Shown here piece after piece: positions 27,540 to 36,979 of a stretch of DNA of 64,000 bases (position 1 is its first letter; each line of letters begins with the position of its first letter). The notes below the pieces were generated by a model, which had not been told where the DNA came from, searched no databases, and was given only the letters and a program-made list of their open reading frames with translations. A program made the translations under genes and the position numbers. The DNA lies in the IMG/VR virus record IMGVR_UViG_3300027631_000011. One strand, 5' to 3'. The DNA is from an uncultured virus (IMG/VR IMGVR_UViG_3300027631_000011). Its lineage: Duplodnaviria > Heunggongvirae > Uroviricota > Caudoviricetes.

Positions 27540-30317
27540 TTATCCTATTTTCTTTAGTGAATGAGTTTCAGTTGCAATCCAATTCTTTTCAACACCAGCC
27601 ATTTTAGCTGCTTTCTTAATAGCTTCAACTGTATTTCTTGCTTTTACTTTATATACATTTTTCTTAGATAGTTTAACACCACCAAGATTCATATCTGAAA
27701 ATCTCATTTCCCAAGTTGAAAAACCCTCATTGATTTTTTCTTCTTCTACTACTTCGGATTCGTTTACTTTTTTATTCTTAACTGAATTCATCATCTCTTT
27801 TGCTGATACTTTCATCTTCATTAATTTAGATGATGGTAGTTCACCATATCCGAATGATTCATTTAACATAGAAGTAAGTTTCATTGATTTAGATTCATTA
27901 GTAAATTCTTTCGCATTTTCCTTATCATCCTTATCAACACCCTTTACAGGATACTTTTTACCATCTACTTCAAATTCACTATCACCATTTGCGATTGCTT
28001 TTGCTCTAGCGGCTCCGAACTCATTTCCTTCGGTTGATAAATCAGCAATTTCATAATACTTCTGTAATGTTTCACCGATATCATCATATGATGAGGTTAG
28101 TCTTTGTTCTAATGTAACAACATCTCTTAAAGTTTTTTCAAATACTTTAAATGATTCATTCATTCTCTTTACGTGTCTTCCAACTGTAATTCCATCAAAT
28201 GAACCTTCAGTTTCTTTAACCATATGTTTACTAGCATTTTCTACTACACTTCTGATTGATTCATATACTTCAGCTAATCCGTCTTTTCTGTAGATTGATT
28301 CACCAAATTTTCTGTATGATTTAACCGCTTCTAAGAAAGCCATCTTTTCTTCATTTGTCATTTCGTTTTTATCTTTTGAAAAATCTTCTTTTACAAATGA
28401 AGTGTGAAATGGGTTTGAATAAACTTTACCACTTTTAAATGATTCTTTTAATAAGTCTTTTAATTTCATAGAAACGTTTTCATTTTTGGTAGATTTTATT
28501 GCAGCTGCTAAAGCAGTATCTACCTTTTCTAGACCGGCATCAGGATTACTCATGTTCATATCGTCTATTGTATCTCTCATAGCATCTACTCGTTGTATAT
28601 CCTCTTCAGTAGCATGACCTGATTGTAAAAGTTTAACCATATCACCAATATTGTAAAGTAAACGTGGATTATCTGATAACTCTCCAGCATACCTCAATTC
28701 TTCTAAATCTTCTTCCGCCTGGTCATAATCTAAATGAGTCAGGTTTGGTTTTTCACCTTTAGGTTCATCCTTTTTAGGTTCATCCTTTTTAGGTTCTTCC
28801 TTTGAAGGTTCTCTGTTTGGTTCATCATTTGCATCTGATTTAGCTTTTTCTACTTCACCTTTAGATGGTGGTTCATGTTTTGATGGGTCAGCAGTTTTTA
28901 CAGCATATGTATTTCCCGTCTTTTTATTTTTAACATAAACATCTTCGGATAGTAAGTCTTTTAATTTCATTGTGTTTCCCTTTGATTCTTTTATTTTTCT
29001 TTTAGATGATTCGTTTGCAGGTTTAGTCCACTCTCCATCATCACCTTTTTCCCAACCCCTAGATTCCATTTCATCATTATAAGCTTTTTGCATATCTCCA
29101 TAACTAAGTGCTTTGAAAGCGGCCGGGCCCATTTTCTTTTCTACTGCAGTTTTGATATAATAGCTATCATTTTTATCTAAAGGTACTCGCTTTGGTTCAC
29201 TTTTAGGTTCATCTTTTTTTGGTTCACTTTTAGGTTCTTCTTTTGGAGTACCATTGGCTTGTCTAATCATGTCTTTTATATCACTTGCCATCTTTTCGAT
29301 TTCTTCTTTTGGTCTTACATCTAACCCATCTTCTTCTGCTTCTTCTGGAGAATCATAATTGTCAGCTTCTTCAGCATCCTGCTGTACCATACTTAAATCC
29401 TCTACCTGGCTCATAATTTTTTTATAATCTTCATCAGATATTTTACCTTCAAGGTTTTGAACATCACTTTCAATATCATCAGCATAATATAAACTATCGA
29501 AATCTTTGGATAATTCAATTTTAGGCCCATTCTTTTTAGGTTCTCTGTTTGGTTCATCATTTGCATCTGATTTAGCTTTTGCTATATCATCTTTGGATGG
29601 TGGTTCGTGTTTTGATGGGTTTGCATTTTTTACTTTATAAGTGTTCCCAGTCTTTTTGTTTTTAACATAAACATCTTCGTTTAATAGGTCTGTTAATTTC
29701 ATAGTTCCCTCAATTTTTATTTCCATCATCTTCTTAGCCTCAGCTTCGATTTGTTTCTTAATCTTAGATGGAACTTTTTTATCGTAATATTTTACTTTAC
29801 CTTTTGAATCAATGTGAGCTACATTTTTATAATCACCATTTTCTTCTTCTGCTTTATTGTAAACAGTTAATCCGTTTCCTTTACGAGCCATTCCGATATC
29901 GTACTTAGCTTCATTCACCTTCATTGATTCATTAAAACCTCTTCCTTTTCTATCATCACCTGTAATATTTTTGATATCAGATTTGGCCATCATTCTTTTT
30001 AATCTTCCACCTTTTAAAGCTTCTATTGCCGCCTCATAATCTTTTATGTCTGATTTGTTTTTTAGATGTGGTAATATATTTTCTTCACCATACTTAACGA
30101 ATTCATCGGCCGACATATTTTTTAAATTATCTTTAATATCATCCATTGATGGTTTCTTACTACTAGGTTCTTCCTTTGAATCTTCTTTAGCTTTTTTAAC
30201 TTCACCTTTAGATGGTGGTTCGTGTTTTGCTGGGTTTGCATTTTTTACTTGATAAACATTACCTGTTTCTTTGTTCTTAACGTAAACACTTTCGTTTAAT
30301 ATATCAGTTAATTTCAT
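27540..30317 (-). CDS. Modular putative internal head protein (polyprotein-like)
   Basis: 925 aa; five MKLx(D/S)xLxE motifs and three VYVKNKxTGNxYxVKxAxPxKHEPPSK units; AGGAG SD; adjacent to the prohead protease. Confidence 0.75.
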   Translation of the reverse strand: MKLTDILNESVYVKNKETGNVYQVKNANPAKHEPPSKGEVKKAKEDSKEEPSSKKPSMDDIKDNLKNMSADEFVKYGEENILPHLKNKSDIKDYEAAIEALKGGRLKRMMAKSDIKNITGDDRKGRGFNESMKVNEAKYDIGMARKGNGLTVYNKAEEENGDYKNVAHIDSKGKVKYYDKKVPSKIKKQIEAEAKKMMEIKIEGTMKLTDLLNEDVYVKNKKTGNTYKVKNANPSKHEPPSKDDIAKAKSDANDEPNREPKKNGPKIELSKDFDSLYYADDIESDVQNLEGKISDEDYKKIMSQVEDLSMVQQDAEEADNYDSPEEAEEDGLDVRPKEEIEKMASDIKDMIRQANGTPKEEPKSEPKKDEPKSEPKRVPLDKNDSYYIKTAVEKKMGPAAFKALSYGDMQKAYNDEMESRGWEKGDDGEWTKPANESSKRKIKESKGNTMKLKDLLSEDVYVKNKKTGNTYAVKTADPSKHEPPSKGEVEKAKSDANDEPNREPSKEEPKKDEPKKDEPKGEKPNLTHLDYDQAEEDLEELRYAGELSDNPRLLYNIGDMVKLLQSGHATEEDIQRVDAMRDTIDDMNMSNPDAGLEKVDTALAAAIKSTKNENVSMKLKDLLKESFKSGKVYSNPFHTSFVKEDFSKDKNEMTNEEKMAFLEAVKSYRKFGESIYRKDGLAEVYESIRSVVENASKHMVKETEGSFDGITVGRHVKRMNESFKVFEKTLRDVVTLEQRLTSSYDDIGETLQKYYEIADLSTEGNEFGAARAKAIANGDSEFEVDGKKYPVKGVDKDDKENAKEFTNESKSMKLTSMLNESFGYGELPSSKLMKMKVSAKEMMNSVKNKKVNESEVVEEEKINEGFSTWEMRFSDMNLGGVKLSKKNVYKVKARNTVEAIKKAAKMAGVEKNWIATETHSLKKIG

Positions 30318-30327
30318 TTATTATCTC

Positions 30328-30945
30328 CTAAATAGCACAAATACCATCAATTTCACAGATGATATCTCTAACTAAAGTATTAATTTTCTTATATGATGGG
30401 GTTTTACTCTTTCCAACTACTGATTCGTTTACAGGTCTCATAAATGCACCATGTGTTGATGGGTTTGAAACAAAATCCCAACAAATTAAATCAAAATCAT
30501 CTTCTACAGTAACAGATTTACCATTAGTAGCCTCTTTTACAGAACCCATACCTCTTGAAGAGATACCAACAGTACAACCTGCCTCTAAAAGTTCTTTAAG
30601 GATGTTCCCTGCTGGAGTTTTAAGTACTTCTACCTTACCCATTACATCATCACCCTTCCAATATACTTCTCTGATGATATGTGAAGTGTTTTTTAGTTCA
30701 ACTACAGAAGATTCAGGATGGTCTAACTCACCAAACGCTCTATTTTCTTTAATTTCTCTACCTTTGTATTTTTCCACTTCTCTTTCTAAGATTGAACGTG
30801 GATAAACTCTACCATTTTGGTTTTCAGCTTCAGCACGTTGGAGTACACCATTAACAATCAATCTACCATTGTTATCTTCCAATGATTCATTGATTTGACT
30901 CTTAGTCATAGTAAAAGGAATTGTATCTATAAGTAATCTGCCCAT
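30328..30945 (-). CDS. gp21: Prohead core protease (T4 gp21-like)
   Basis: NQNGRVYP, AFGELDHP, SHII, GISSRGMGS and DFVSNPST. The ATG at 30945 is more plausible than the ORF-track start at 30957. Confidence 0.92.
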   Translation of the reverse strand: MGRLLIDTIPFTMTKSQINESLEDNNGRLIVNGVLQRAEAENQNGRVYPRSILEREVEKYKGREIKENRAFGELDHPESSVVELKNTSHIIREVYWKGDDVMGKVEVLKTPAGNILKELLEAGCTVGISSRGMGSVKEATNGKSVTVEDDFDLICWDFVSNPSTHGAFMRPVNESVVGKSKTPSYKKINTLVRDIICEIDGICAI

Positions 30946-31079
30946 TATGCTCCCCAAACTTTACGTTTTCTATATAAATCAAACATGATTTGTGCTACTT
31001 CATATCTTATAAGTAGACGAATGTTTTCCAAATCCTTATTTGAAAGTTCTTCTTTTAATATTTTTTTGTCTGAACTCAC
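30945..31079 (-). CDS. 44-aa hypothetical protein (below the ORF track cutoff)
   Basis: MSSDKKILKEELSNKDLENIRLLIRYEVAQIMFDLYRKRKVWGA; GTGA overlap upstream and TAATG overlap downstream fill the gap exactly. Confidence 0.7.
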   Translation of the reverse strand: MSSDKKILKEELSNKDLENIRLLIRYEVAQIMFDLYRKRKVWGA

Positions 31080-31564
31080 GATGATAACTCTTTTAAGTTT
31101 CTAGCTACTTTTAACATACGTTCTGAAATCTTACCGAATCTTTTTTGAGTTGATTTCCAATATTGTCCATTATGAACACCAGCTTCAGTTTTCAATTTAG
31201 CGTTTTGATTAACGATTCTTTCTAACTTAAACATCATACTATTGATTTCTTTAATCGAATGATTAATCTTCTGATGTTGTTTTAGATTTTCATCTCTTTT
31301 GAAATCTTTATAAGATATTTCGTTGATTTTATTCTCTAACTTACGTTCTAATGATTCTAATTTAGCAGTGTTCATCTTTTTTTCTTTTGATTTCTTATAC
31401 CCTAATACTTCAATATGGTCATCATCCAAATCATCCTCATCTTTACTCTTTGAAAATGCATTAGGAGTTTTAATCGGTCCTTCACCACCATCTAAATTAC
31501 CAGTTACGTTTGCTTCTTCGATTTCTTCAAACTTTTCTTCTATTTCTTTTATAAAACTTTTCAT
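31076..31564 (-). CDS. Hypothetical head-module protein
   Basis: 162 aa; ATGA-coupled to the upstream gene; lies between portal and protease. Confidence 0.75.
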   Translation of the reverse strand: MKSFIKEIEEKFEEIEEANVTGNLDGGEGPIKTPNAFSKSKDEDDLDDDHIEVLGYKKSKEKKMNTAKLESLERKLENKINEISYKDFKRDENLKQHQKINHSIKEINSMMFKLERIVNQNAKLKTEAGVHNGQYWKSTQKRFGKISERMLKVARNLKELSS

Positions 31565-32409
31565 TTGAATACCCTTTTCAATTCATTATGTAGTTCTGTA
31601 TATCTCAGTAATGATAAAATTTGAGATTCGGTAATTACTTTAGATGTTTTTACTTTGGTGATTAGTTTTAATACTTCGTTTACTTTAATTTTAGTAACTT
31701 TATCAGTAACTTTAATTAAATTAATATTTTTTGATAATGAGTTACATTCTCTTACTACAAATTTCTTTAATTTTTCAGAATTATCAACTGAGTTTATGTA
31801 TTCTCTAAGAATATCTTGTTGTTTATCAGTTAATGTAGTGTATTTGTTGTTAAAATTCTCAACCAACATTTTCCAAGCAAGTAATCTTACTTCTTTTGGC
31901 TGTTTAGAATACTCTTCGTTAATAGTAGATACAACTTTATCAGTATTTTGTGATTTACCTGTTAAAGATTCCATTAGTGTGGATTTACATTCTACATATT
32001 CTTTAGGATTATCCGATGTAGTGTGTTCGAATAACTTATATATAGATGCATTCTCTTTATAGTTATTAACTCTATACTTAAAGAAATCTTCTATTACAAA
32101 ATTCTTTTTGATTGCTTTAATCAAATTGTATTTTTGTCTACTTAATGAAGATTCGTTTAATTTTGTTCTCTGATTTAGGATAATGTTTACAAATTCAGAG
32201 GCCTTATATTCAGACGTGAAATTTTCTTCAATAAATGACTTATATAATCTAAGTTCTTTAGCTAACTCTGTATTGTTACTGAAATGTTCTTTAATGATTT
32301 TAGTAGCTACAGAATCTCTGTTGTTTAAAGTATCAGTAGCTATCTGTCTAACCAATAGTTCGAACAGAATTCCTGTATTTTTGTATTTACTGTGTTTTAA
32401 TTTCTTCAT
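31561..32409 (-). CDS. Hypothetical head-module protein
   Basis: 282 aa helical protein starting MKKLKHSKYKNTGILFELLVRQI; GAGGTGA SD; directly downstream of the portal gene. Confidence 0.8.
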   Translation of the reverse strand: MKKLKHSKYKNTGILFELLVRQIATDTLNNRDSVATKIIKEHFSNNTELAKELRLYKSFIEENFTSEYKASEFVNIILNQRTKLNESSLSRQKYNLIKAIKKNFVIEDFFKYRVNNYKENASIYKLFEHTTSDNPKEYVECKSTLMESLTGKSQNTDKVVSTINEEYSKQPKEVRLLAWKMLVENFNNKYTTLTDKQQDILREYINSVDNSEKLKKFVVRECNSLSKNINLIKVTDKVTKIKVNEVLKLITKVKTSKVITESQILSLLRYTELHNELKRVFK

Positions 32410-32460
32410 TATTCACCTCTAATTATGGTAGAGTAACCTATATATTTGTTAATAAATATC

Positions 32461-34344
32461 CTAATTATTAGAATTCAGTATATTTTTCTCATCTAATAAT
32501 GAAGAAGTTTCATTTGTACCGTCTTCTTTTAACGATTCTACTATAATATTTCTACTTTTTATTTTAGTTTTCATATTACCTAAGAATGTATCAACTTCTT
32601 TTTTATTACGAACCGTATATGATTCTTTCTGTGATAAGGCCTTTCTACCAATTGGGTCTCTACCAAATGGATTCTCATCCGTTTGATAATTACCACTTTC
32701 TTTAGGTCTACCCGCTCCTTCAAATCCACCCTCTGGTGCTCCACCTGTGTCTTCAACGGTTGGGAATCCAGCATTTGCTCCACTATCATCACCACCTTCT
32801 TCACCACTTTGTTGTAATGTTGCTAAATCATGTGGAGTACCAAACGATTCACCAGTTTTAATTGGGTCATTACCTTCTTCGGCAAGTTGGTCATGTCTAA
32901 ATCCTAATTTAATATCATTAAGAACCTTATACTGTTCTTTTTTCCACTCATCATCACTCATATTGAATATATTTTTATACATCCATTCTTGTGATAACAT
33001 TTTTAAATCTTTCATATCAGAAACTAAAGATACTTTTTCCGACCAAAGGTTTGCTTTTTCTTGTTCATATATAATAGATGGGTTAGTAAGTTCTAATTCG
33101 AAGTTTACTAATTCTTCATCTGTATATCCTTGTGAATACAAGTGTACTACTGCAATCTTAGTTAATTCTGAAAGTACAATCTTTTGGATTCTTTCTACAG
33201 AACGAGCAAATCTAATATCTTCTTGTGCAAGAGTTGCTTTACCTTCAACACCTTCTTCGTATCCAATAAATGCTTTTGGAACTTTAAGTGCCGCTAACAT
33301 TCTATTCTTTAGATACTCAATATCATCAATACCACCAAATTCCATTCCACTTAATGTATCAATCTCAGTACCACTAGCACCACCTCTCACAGGTAGATAG
33401 TAATCTTCTAACATATTCTGCATATTGAATTTAAGATTGTAATCACCAGTAGTTTCATTTACATATGGTATTTTCTTCATCTGGTCTATGATGTTTGCCA
33501 TATAAGAATCAACCTCTGCAGGTGGAATATTTCCAATATCAATTTTAAATACTCTTTTTTCAGGTGCTCTCATAATTCTATGAATCATCATAGCATCTTC
33601 CATAAGAGTTAATTGTTTCCAAGTCTTTCTTGCACCTTCTAATAGTGAACGACCATAAGGAAGGAAGTTAGTATCTGTTAGTAATCTAAAATGACCTACC
33701 TGAAATGATTCTAAAAACTTAGTATTGTTTCTTTGTGAAATAGCGTTTGTGTTTTGTTCTTCCACTTCGAATCTTACTGAGTAAGGATTATCTAAATCAT
33801 ACCCTTCTTCTCTTCTAGTTTCATATACAGATAGTGGTTGTGCATTTACAACACCTAACTCATCATCAATATCTAAGTAAACATAATAATCACCATATTT
33901 GTTCATACCCCTTACCCAAGACCAAAGGTTGAACTCAATGTTTAATACATCATAGAATAAGTTGTGTAATGTTTTCTTTATCTTCTCATCTGTTGATTTG
34001 ATACGAAGTACATCACCCATATCATTTTTAAGTGTACATTCATCTGAGTATATATCTAAGATAGATGATATAATGGAATCTTTATCCATTGCTTCATAAT
34101 CTGTATATAGTTCTAATTTGTTTGAATGGTAATTAAACCTTTCATTGTATGTTTGCCAATTCTTTCTTGAGTTAGAACCATGCAATCTTCCATACCTATC
34201 ATAGTAAGCTGAACCTCTACGATTACCATCACCTTGTAATCTAGAAGAATCTACTACCTTTAATTTATCTTTACCGACTCTCCTAACAACTACCTGAGTT
34301 GAGAATAATCTCTTTAATCTACCGAATAACGAAGTATCTGCCAT
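32461..34344 (-). CDS. gp20: Portal protein (T4 gp20-like)
   Basis: EDAMMIHRIMRAPEKRVFKIDIGNIP, MLEDYYLPVRGG, EIDTLSG, ALKVP and EDIRFAR. Confidence 0.95.
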   Translation of the reverse strand: MADTSLFGRLKRLFSTQVVVRRVGKDKLKVVDSSRLQGDGNRRGSAYYDRYGRLHGSNSRKNWQTYNERFNYHSNKLELYTDYEAMDKDSIISSILDIYSDECTLKNDMGDVLRIKSTDEKIKKTLHNLFYDVLNIEFNLWSWVRGMNKYGDYYVYLDIDDELGVVNAQPLSVYETRREEGYDLDNPYSVRFEVEEQNTNAISQRNNTKFLESFQVGHFRLLTDTNFLPYGRSLLEGARKTWKQLTLMEDAMMIHRIMRAPEKRVFKIDIGNIPPAEVDSYMANIIDQMKKIPYVNETTGDYNLKFNMQNMLEDYYLPVRGGASGTEIDTLSGMEFGGIDDIEYLKNRMLAALKVPKAFIGYEEGVEGKATLAQEDIRFARSVERIQKIVLSELTKIAVVHLYSQGYTDEELVNFELELTNPSIIYEQEKANLWSEKVSLVSDMKDLKMLSQEWMYKNIFNMSDDEWKKEQYKVLNDIKLGFRHDQLAEEGNDPIKTGESFGTPHDLATLQQSGEEGGDDSGANAGFPTVEDTGGAPEGGFEGAGRPKESGNYQTDENPFGRDPIGRKALSQKESYTVRNKKEVDTFLGNMKTKIKSRNIIVESLKEDGTNETSSLLDEKNILNSNN

Positions 34345-34409
34345 AATTTTTTCTTTATTATCTACTTATAATCTATAAATATACAAAAAATATTTTTAAT
34401 ATCCAAATT

Positions 34410-35981
34410 TTAGAGTAACCAACTTATATCTTCATCACCTCTACCTGTTTTCATTGACCAGGATTGTTTGGCGACCTGTGGGGTTGTTTTAAATACTCCA
34501 CTATTTTTTGATGTAAGTTGTAATGCTCTTTTATTTAATTCAATACCTTGTTGTCTTAATTTCAACGCCGTATCTCGTACCCACAATGATGTTGAAAATG
34601 ATATTGTTAAATCATCATTATAACCTTGTTGAGCTTCGGCCCTACTACCGTTCCATATAAATGTAAAAAGTTCATCAATTAATCGTTTAGACCGAATAAT
34701 AGGAACTCTTTCTCTCATATAAGTATCTAATTTTGAGATAACCAATGGACGTGTTCTACTTGTCATTGAGAATCCAGGTACCATTTGTGATTTATCTTTT
34801 AAATCGTAACCTTTTTGTAAATGTATATCACCATCTGTATATCCAAATTCTTTGTATGAATAATATAGATTTGAATAATTTCTATCTATTGCCTCTTGAA
34901 TAGATGCCCAACCAATGTTAGCGTTTTCAATAACTAAGAGTGCATCATTCCATTCGGTGGCAACATTCACTAACATATTACCATACTCCTTAGTTCCTAT
35001 CTTACCTTTGTACTCAGCAACTTGCTCTACACTCTCTACATCAATAACGTGAAATGCTGAGTAATCTGCACCATCACCTCTCGCAACATCGGCCACTACT
35101 ATATAATCTCTTGTATAGTTTGGTTGTGACCATAACCAATAATTTCCATCAAACCCTCTTTTCTCAACAGGTTCTTGTACATGAGTTTCTTCATACCATT
35201 TTAGAAGTTGTCCATCTACTACTGTATAACCAGAACTGATAAAATCACAATCACATTCCTGTGCTGCCATCTTCTCACCTAATAGTTGAGTTTGTTCTGC
35301 TCTCCACTTTTCATTTCTTTCAGGATGTACAGTCCAATGTAATTTGATTGGATTCCAACCATCATTAGCCTCACCCTTTAACCAAGTTTTATGAAAGAAG
35401 TTACCAACACCATTTGGAGTTGATAGTACGATTGCCTTTCCACCAGTTGATAATGTAGATTGAGCTGATGCCCATATCTCATCAATACCTTTAATGAATG
35501 CACCCTCATCTATAATCAACATTGATAATGCTTCAGAACGACCAGCATCACCACTAGCTGATGTTGCTTTGATTGTTGAACCATTTCGTAATCGTAAGGA
35601 TAGTTTGTTATCTTCTTCGGTATCACCTCTTAACCAACTCGGTAAGTTCTCATGCATATACCTAACTTTAGTAACTAAGTTTTTAGCTACCTCTTGTTTG
35701 GTTGCAATTACCAATATGTTTTTATCTTCGTGAAATAACATCATCCATAAAGAATAACCTGCGGATAATGTTGAGATACCTAACTGACGTGATTTGAGGA
35801 TTACATTGTATCGATGGTCATTAAACTCACCCATAACATCTTCTTGAAAAGGATACAAATCAAAAAGAATTTTACCTCTTTTTGGATGTTGTATATAACA
35901 GTACTTTTTGAAAAAGTAAACTGGGTCTTTAGCACACTTAACGTACTCTTCCCTAATAAGTTCTTTTATGTTCTTACTCAT
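34410..35981 (-). CDS. gp17: Terminase large subunit (T4 gp17-like)
   Basis: KCAKDPVYF, KSRQLGIST, LIIDEGAFI, STPNG, ADVARGDGADYS and NDDL. The ATG at 35981 (ATGA overlap) is preferred over 35999. Confidence 0.95.
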   Translation of the reverse strand: MSKNIKELIREEYVKCAKDPVYFFKKYCYIQHPKRGKILFDLYPFQEDVMGEFNDHRYNVILKSRQLGISTLSAGYSLWMMLFHEDKNILVIATKQEVAKNLVTKVRYMHENLPSWLRGDTEEDNKLSLRLRNGSTIKATSASGDAGRSEALSMLIIDEGAFIKGIDEIWASAQSTLSTGGKAIVLSTPNGVGNFFHKTWLKGEANDGWNPIKLHWTVHPERNEKWRAEQTQLLGEKMAAQECDCDFISSGYTVVDGQLLKWYEETHVQEPVEKRGFDGNYWLWSQPNYTRDYIVVADVARGDGADYSAFHVIDVESVEQVAEYKGKIGTKEYGNMLVNVATEWNDALLVIENANIGWASIQEAIDRNYSNLYYSYKEFGYTDGDIHLQKGYDLKDKSQMVPGFSMTSRTRPLVISKLDTYMRERVPIIRSKRLIDELFTFIWNGSRAEAQQGYNDDLTISFSTSLWVRDTALKLRQQGIELNKRALQLTSKNSGVFKTTPQVAKQSWSMKTGRGDEDISWLL

Positions 35982-36577
35982 TTCTTTCCCAATTTCCAAA
36001 GAAACTGAGTAGATAAGATTGGTTGAAATTGGTCATTCAATCCGATTCCTAATCCAAACGCCTGTTTCTTCTTTGTTCTGTACAATATCGAACCACCAAT
36101 ATAATTAAATTGTTTTGATGTTCCATTTAACCCGAATCCTACATAGAATTCTCTTTGGTTAATGTACTTTGTTTCCGTTACAGTTGTTGTAGGATAGATT
36201 AAATCGTAGAATATTTTTCTTGATAAAATTTTGTTTTGAGAGATTGTATCTTTAATTGTTAAGTTTAAAGAATCTAGTTGTTGAAAATCTTCATAAACAT
36301 ATTTTGCGAAGTAATCCTCTAAAATAGATAGAGTATCAATTTTCTGAGTTAACCTAATGGTATCAATCTCAGTTTTGATTCTGGTAACTATTTTAGGAAC
36401 GTATTTTGTAACTTCTTTAGTAATGGTGTCGTATTTCGTTTCTACCTTTGTGATAATAGTAGGCTCGGATGGAGTATCACTTACTCCACCTGTACCACTA
36501 CACTGTCTTAGAAAAATTATTACTATAATTAATACTAAGATTATCAGATTCTTAAAATTTCCGAAATACTTTTCCAT
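35978..36577 (-). CDS. Membrane-anchored hypothetical protein (possible spanin-like)
   Basis: N-terminal hydrophobic helix followed by Cys; DT-rich stalk; C-terminal amphipathic beta strands. Confidence 0.6.
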   Translation of the reverse strand: MEKYFGNFKNLIILVLIIVIIFLRQCSGTGGVSDTPSEPTIITKVETKYDTITKEVTKYVPKIVTRIKTEIDTIRLTQKIDTLSILEDYFAKYVYEDFQQLDSLNLTIKDTISQNKILSRKIFYDLIYPTTTVTETKYINQREFYVGFGLNGTSKQFNYIGGSILYRTKKKQAFGLGIGLNDQFQPILSTQFLWKLGKK

Positions 36578-36585
36578 CTACTACC

Positions 36586-36918
36586 TTACTTTTTAGTAGC
36601 TGGTTTTCTTTTTTTGTTTGCAGGTTTTCTACCTTTACGTTTTCCACCTTTTACCGCATCAACTACATCTTTAGATTGTTTTGCTAAGTTCTTACCAGCA
36701 GCTTTAACGTCTTTAAGTTCTTCTTTAACTCTTTTAACTCTACGCTTAACTTCTGATTTTACTTCAGCTACATCTTCTTTGATATCTTCTACAGTATCCT
36801 CTACTACATCAGGAATAAAATCCCCATCTCTATCTTTGATTTTTCCAGTGTATAATAATACTAAATAAGTTGCTACTGCAACACCGATAACTAATGCTAT
36901 GATTAATAATGTACTCAT
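36586..36918 (-). CDS. Small single-TM membrane protein
   Basis: Hydrophobic residues about 3-24, DRDGDFIPD motif, coiled coil, and Lys-rich tail. Confidence 0.7.
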   Translation of the reverse strand: MSTLLIIALVIGVAVATYLVLLYTGKIKDRDGDFIPDVVEDTVEDIKEDVAEVKSEVKRRVKRVKEELKDVKAAGKNLAKQSKDVVDAVKGGKRKGRKPANKKRKPATKK

Positions 36919-36979
36919 AATTTGCCTTTTTAAAATTAAACTTCTATAATAAATATGGTAATATAATTAATAAACCTAT

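Noticed and set aside
23910..35981. Introns or inteins in the capsid, portal or terminase genes
   Set aside because: The ORFs are continuous and of ordinary length, with no intein or homing endonuclease motifs seen.
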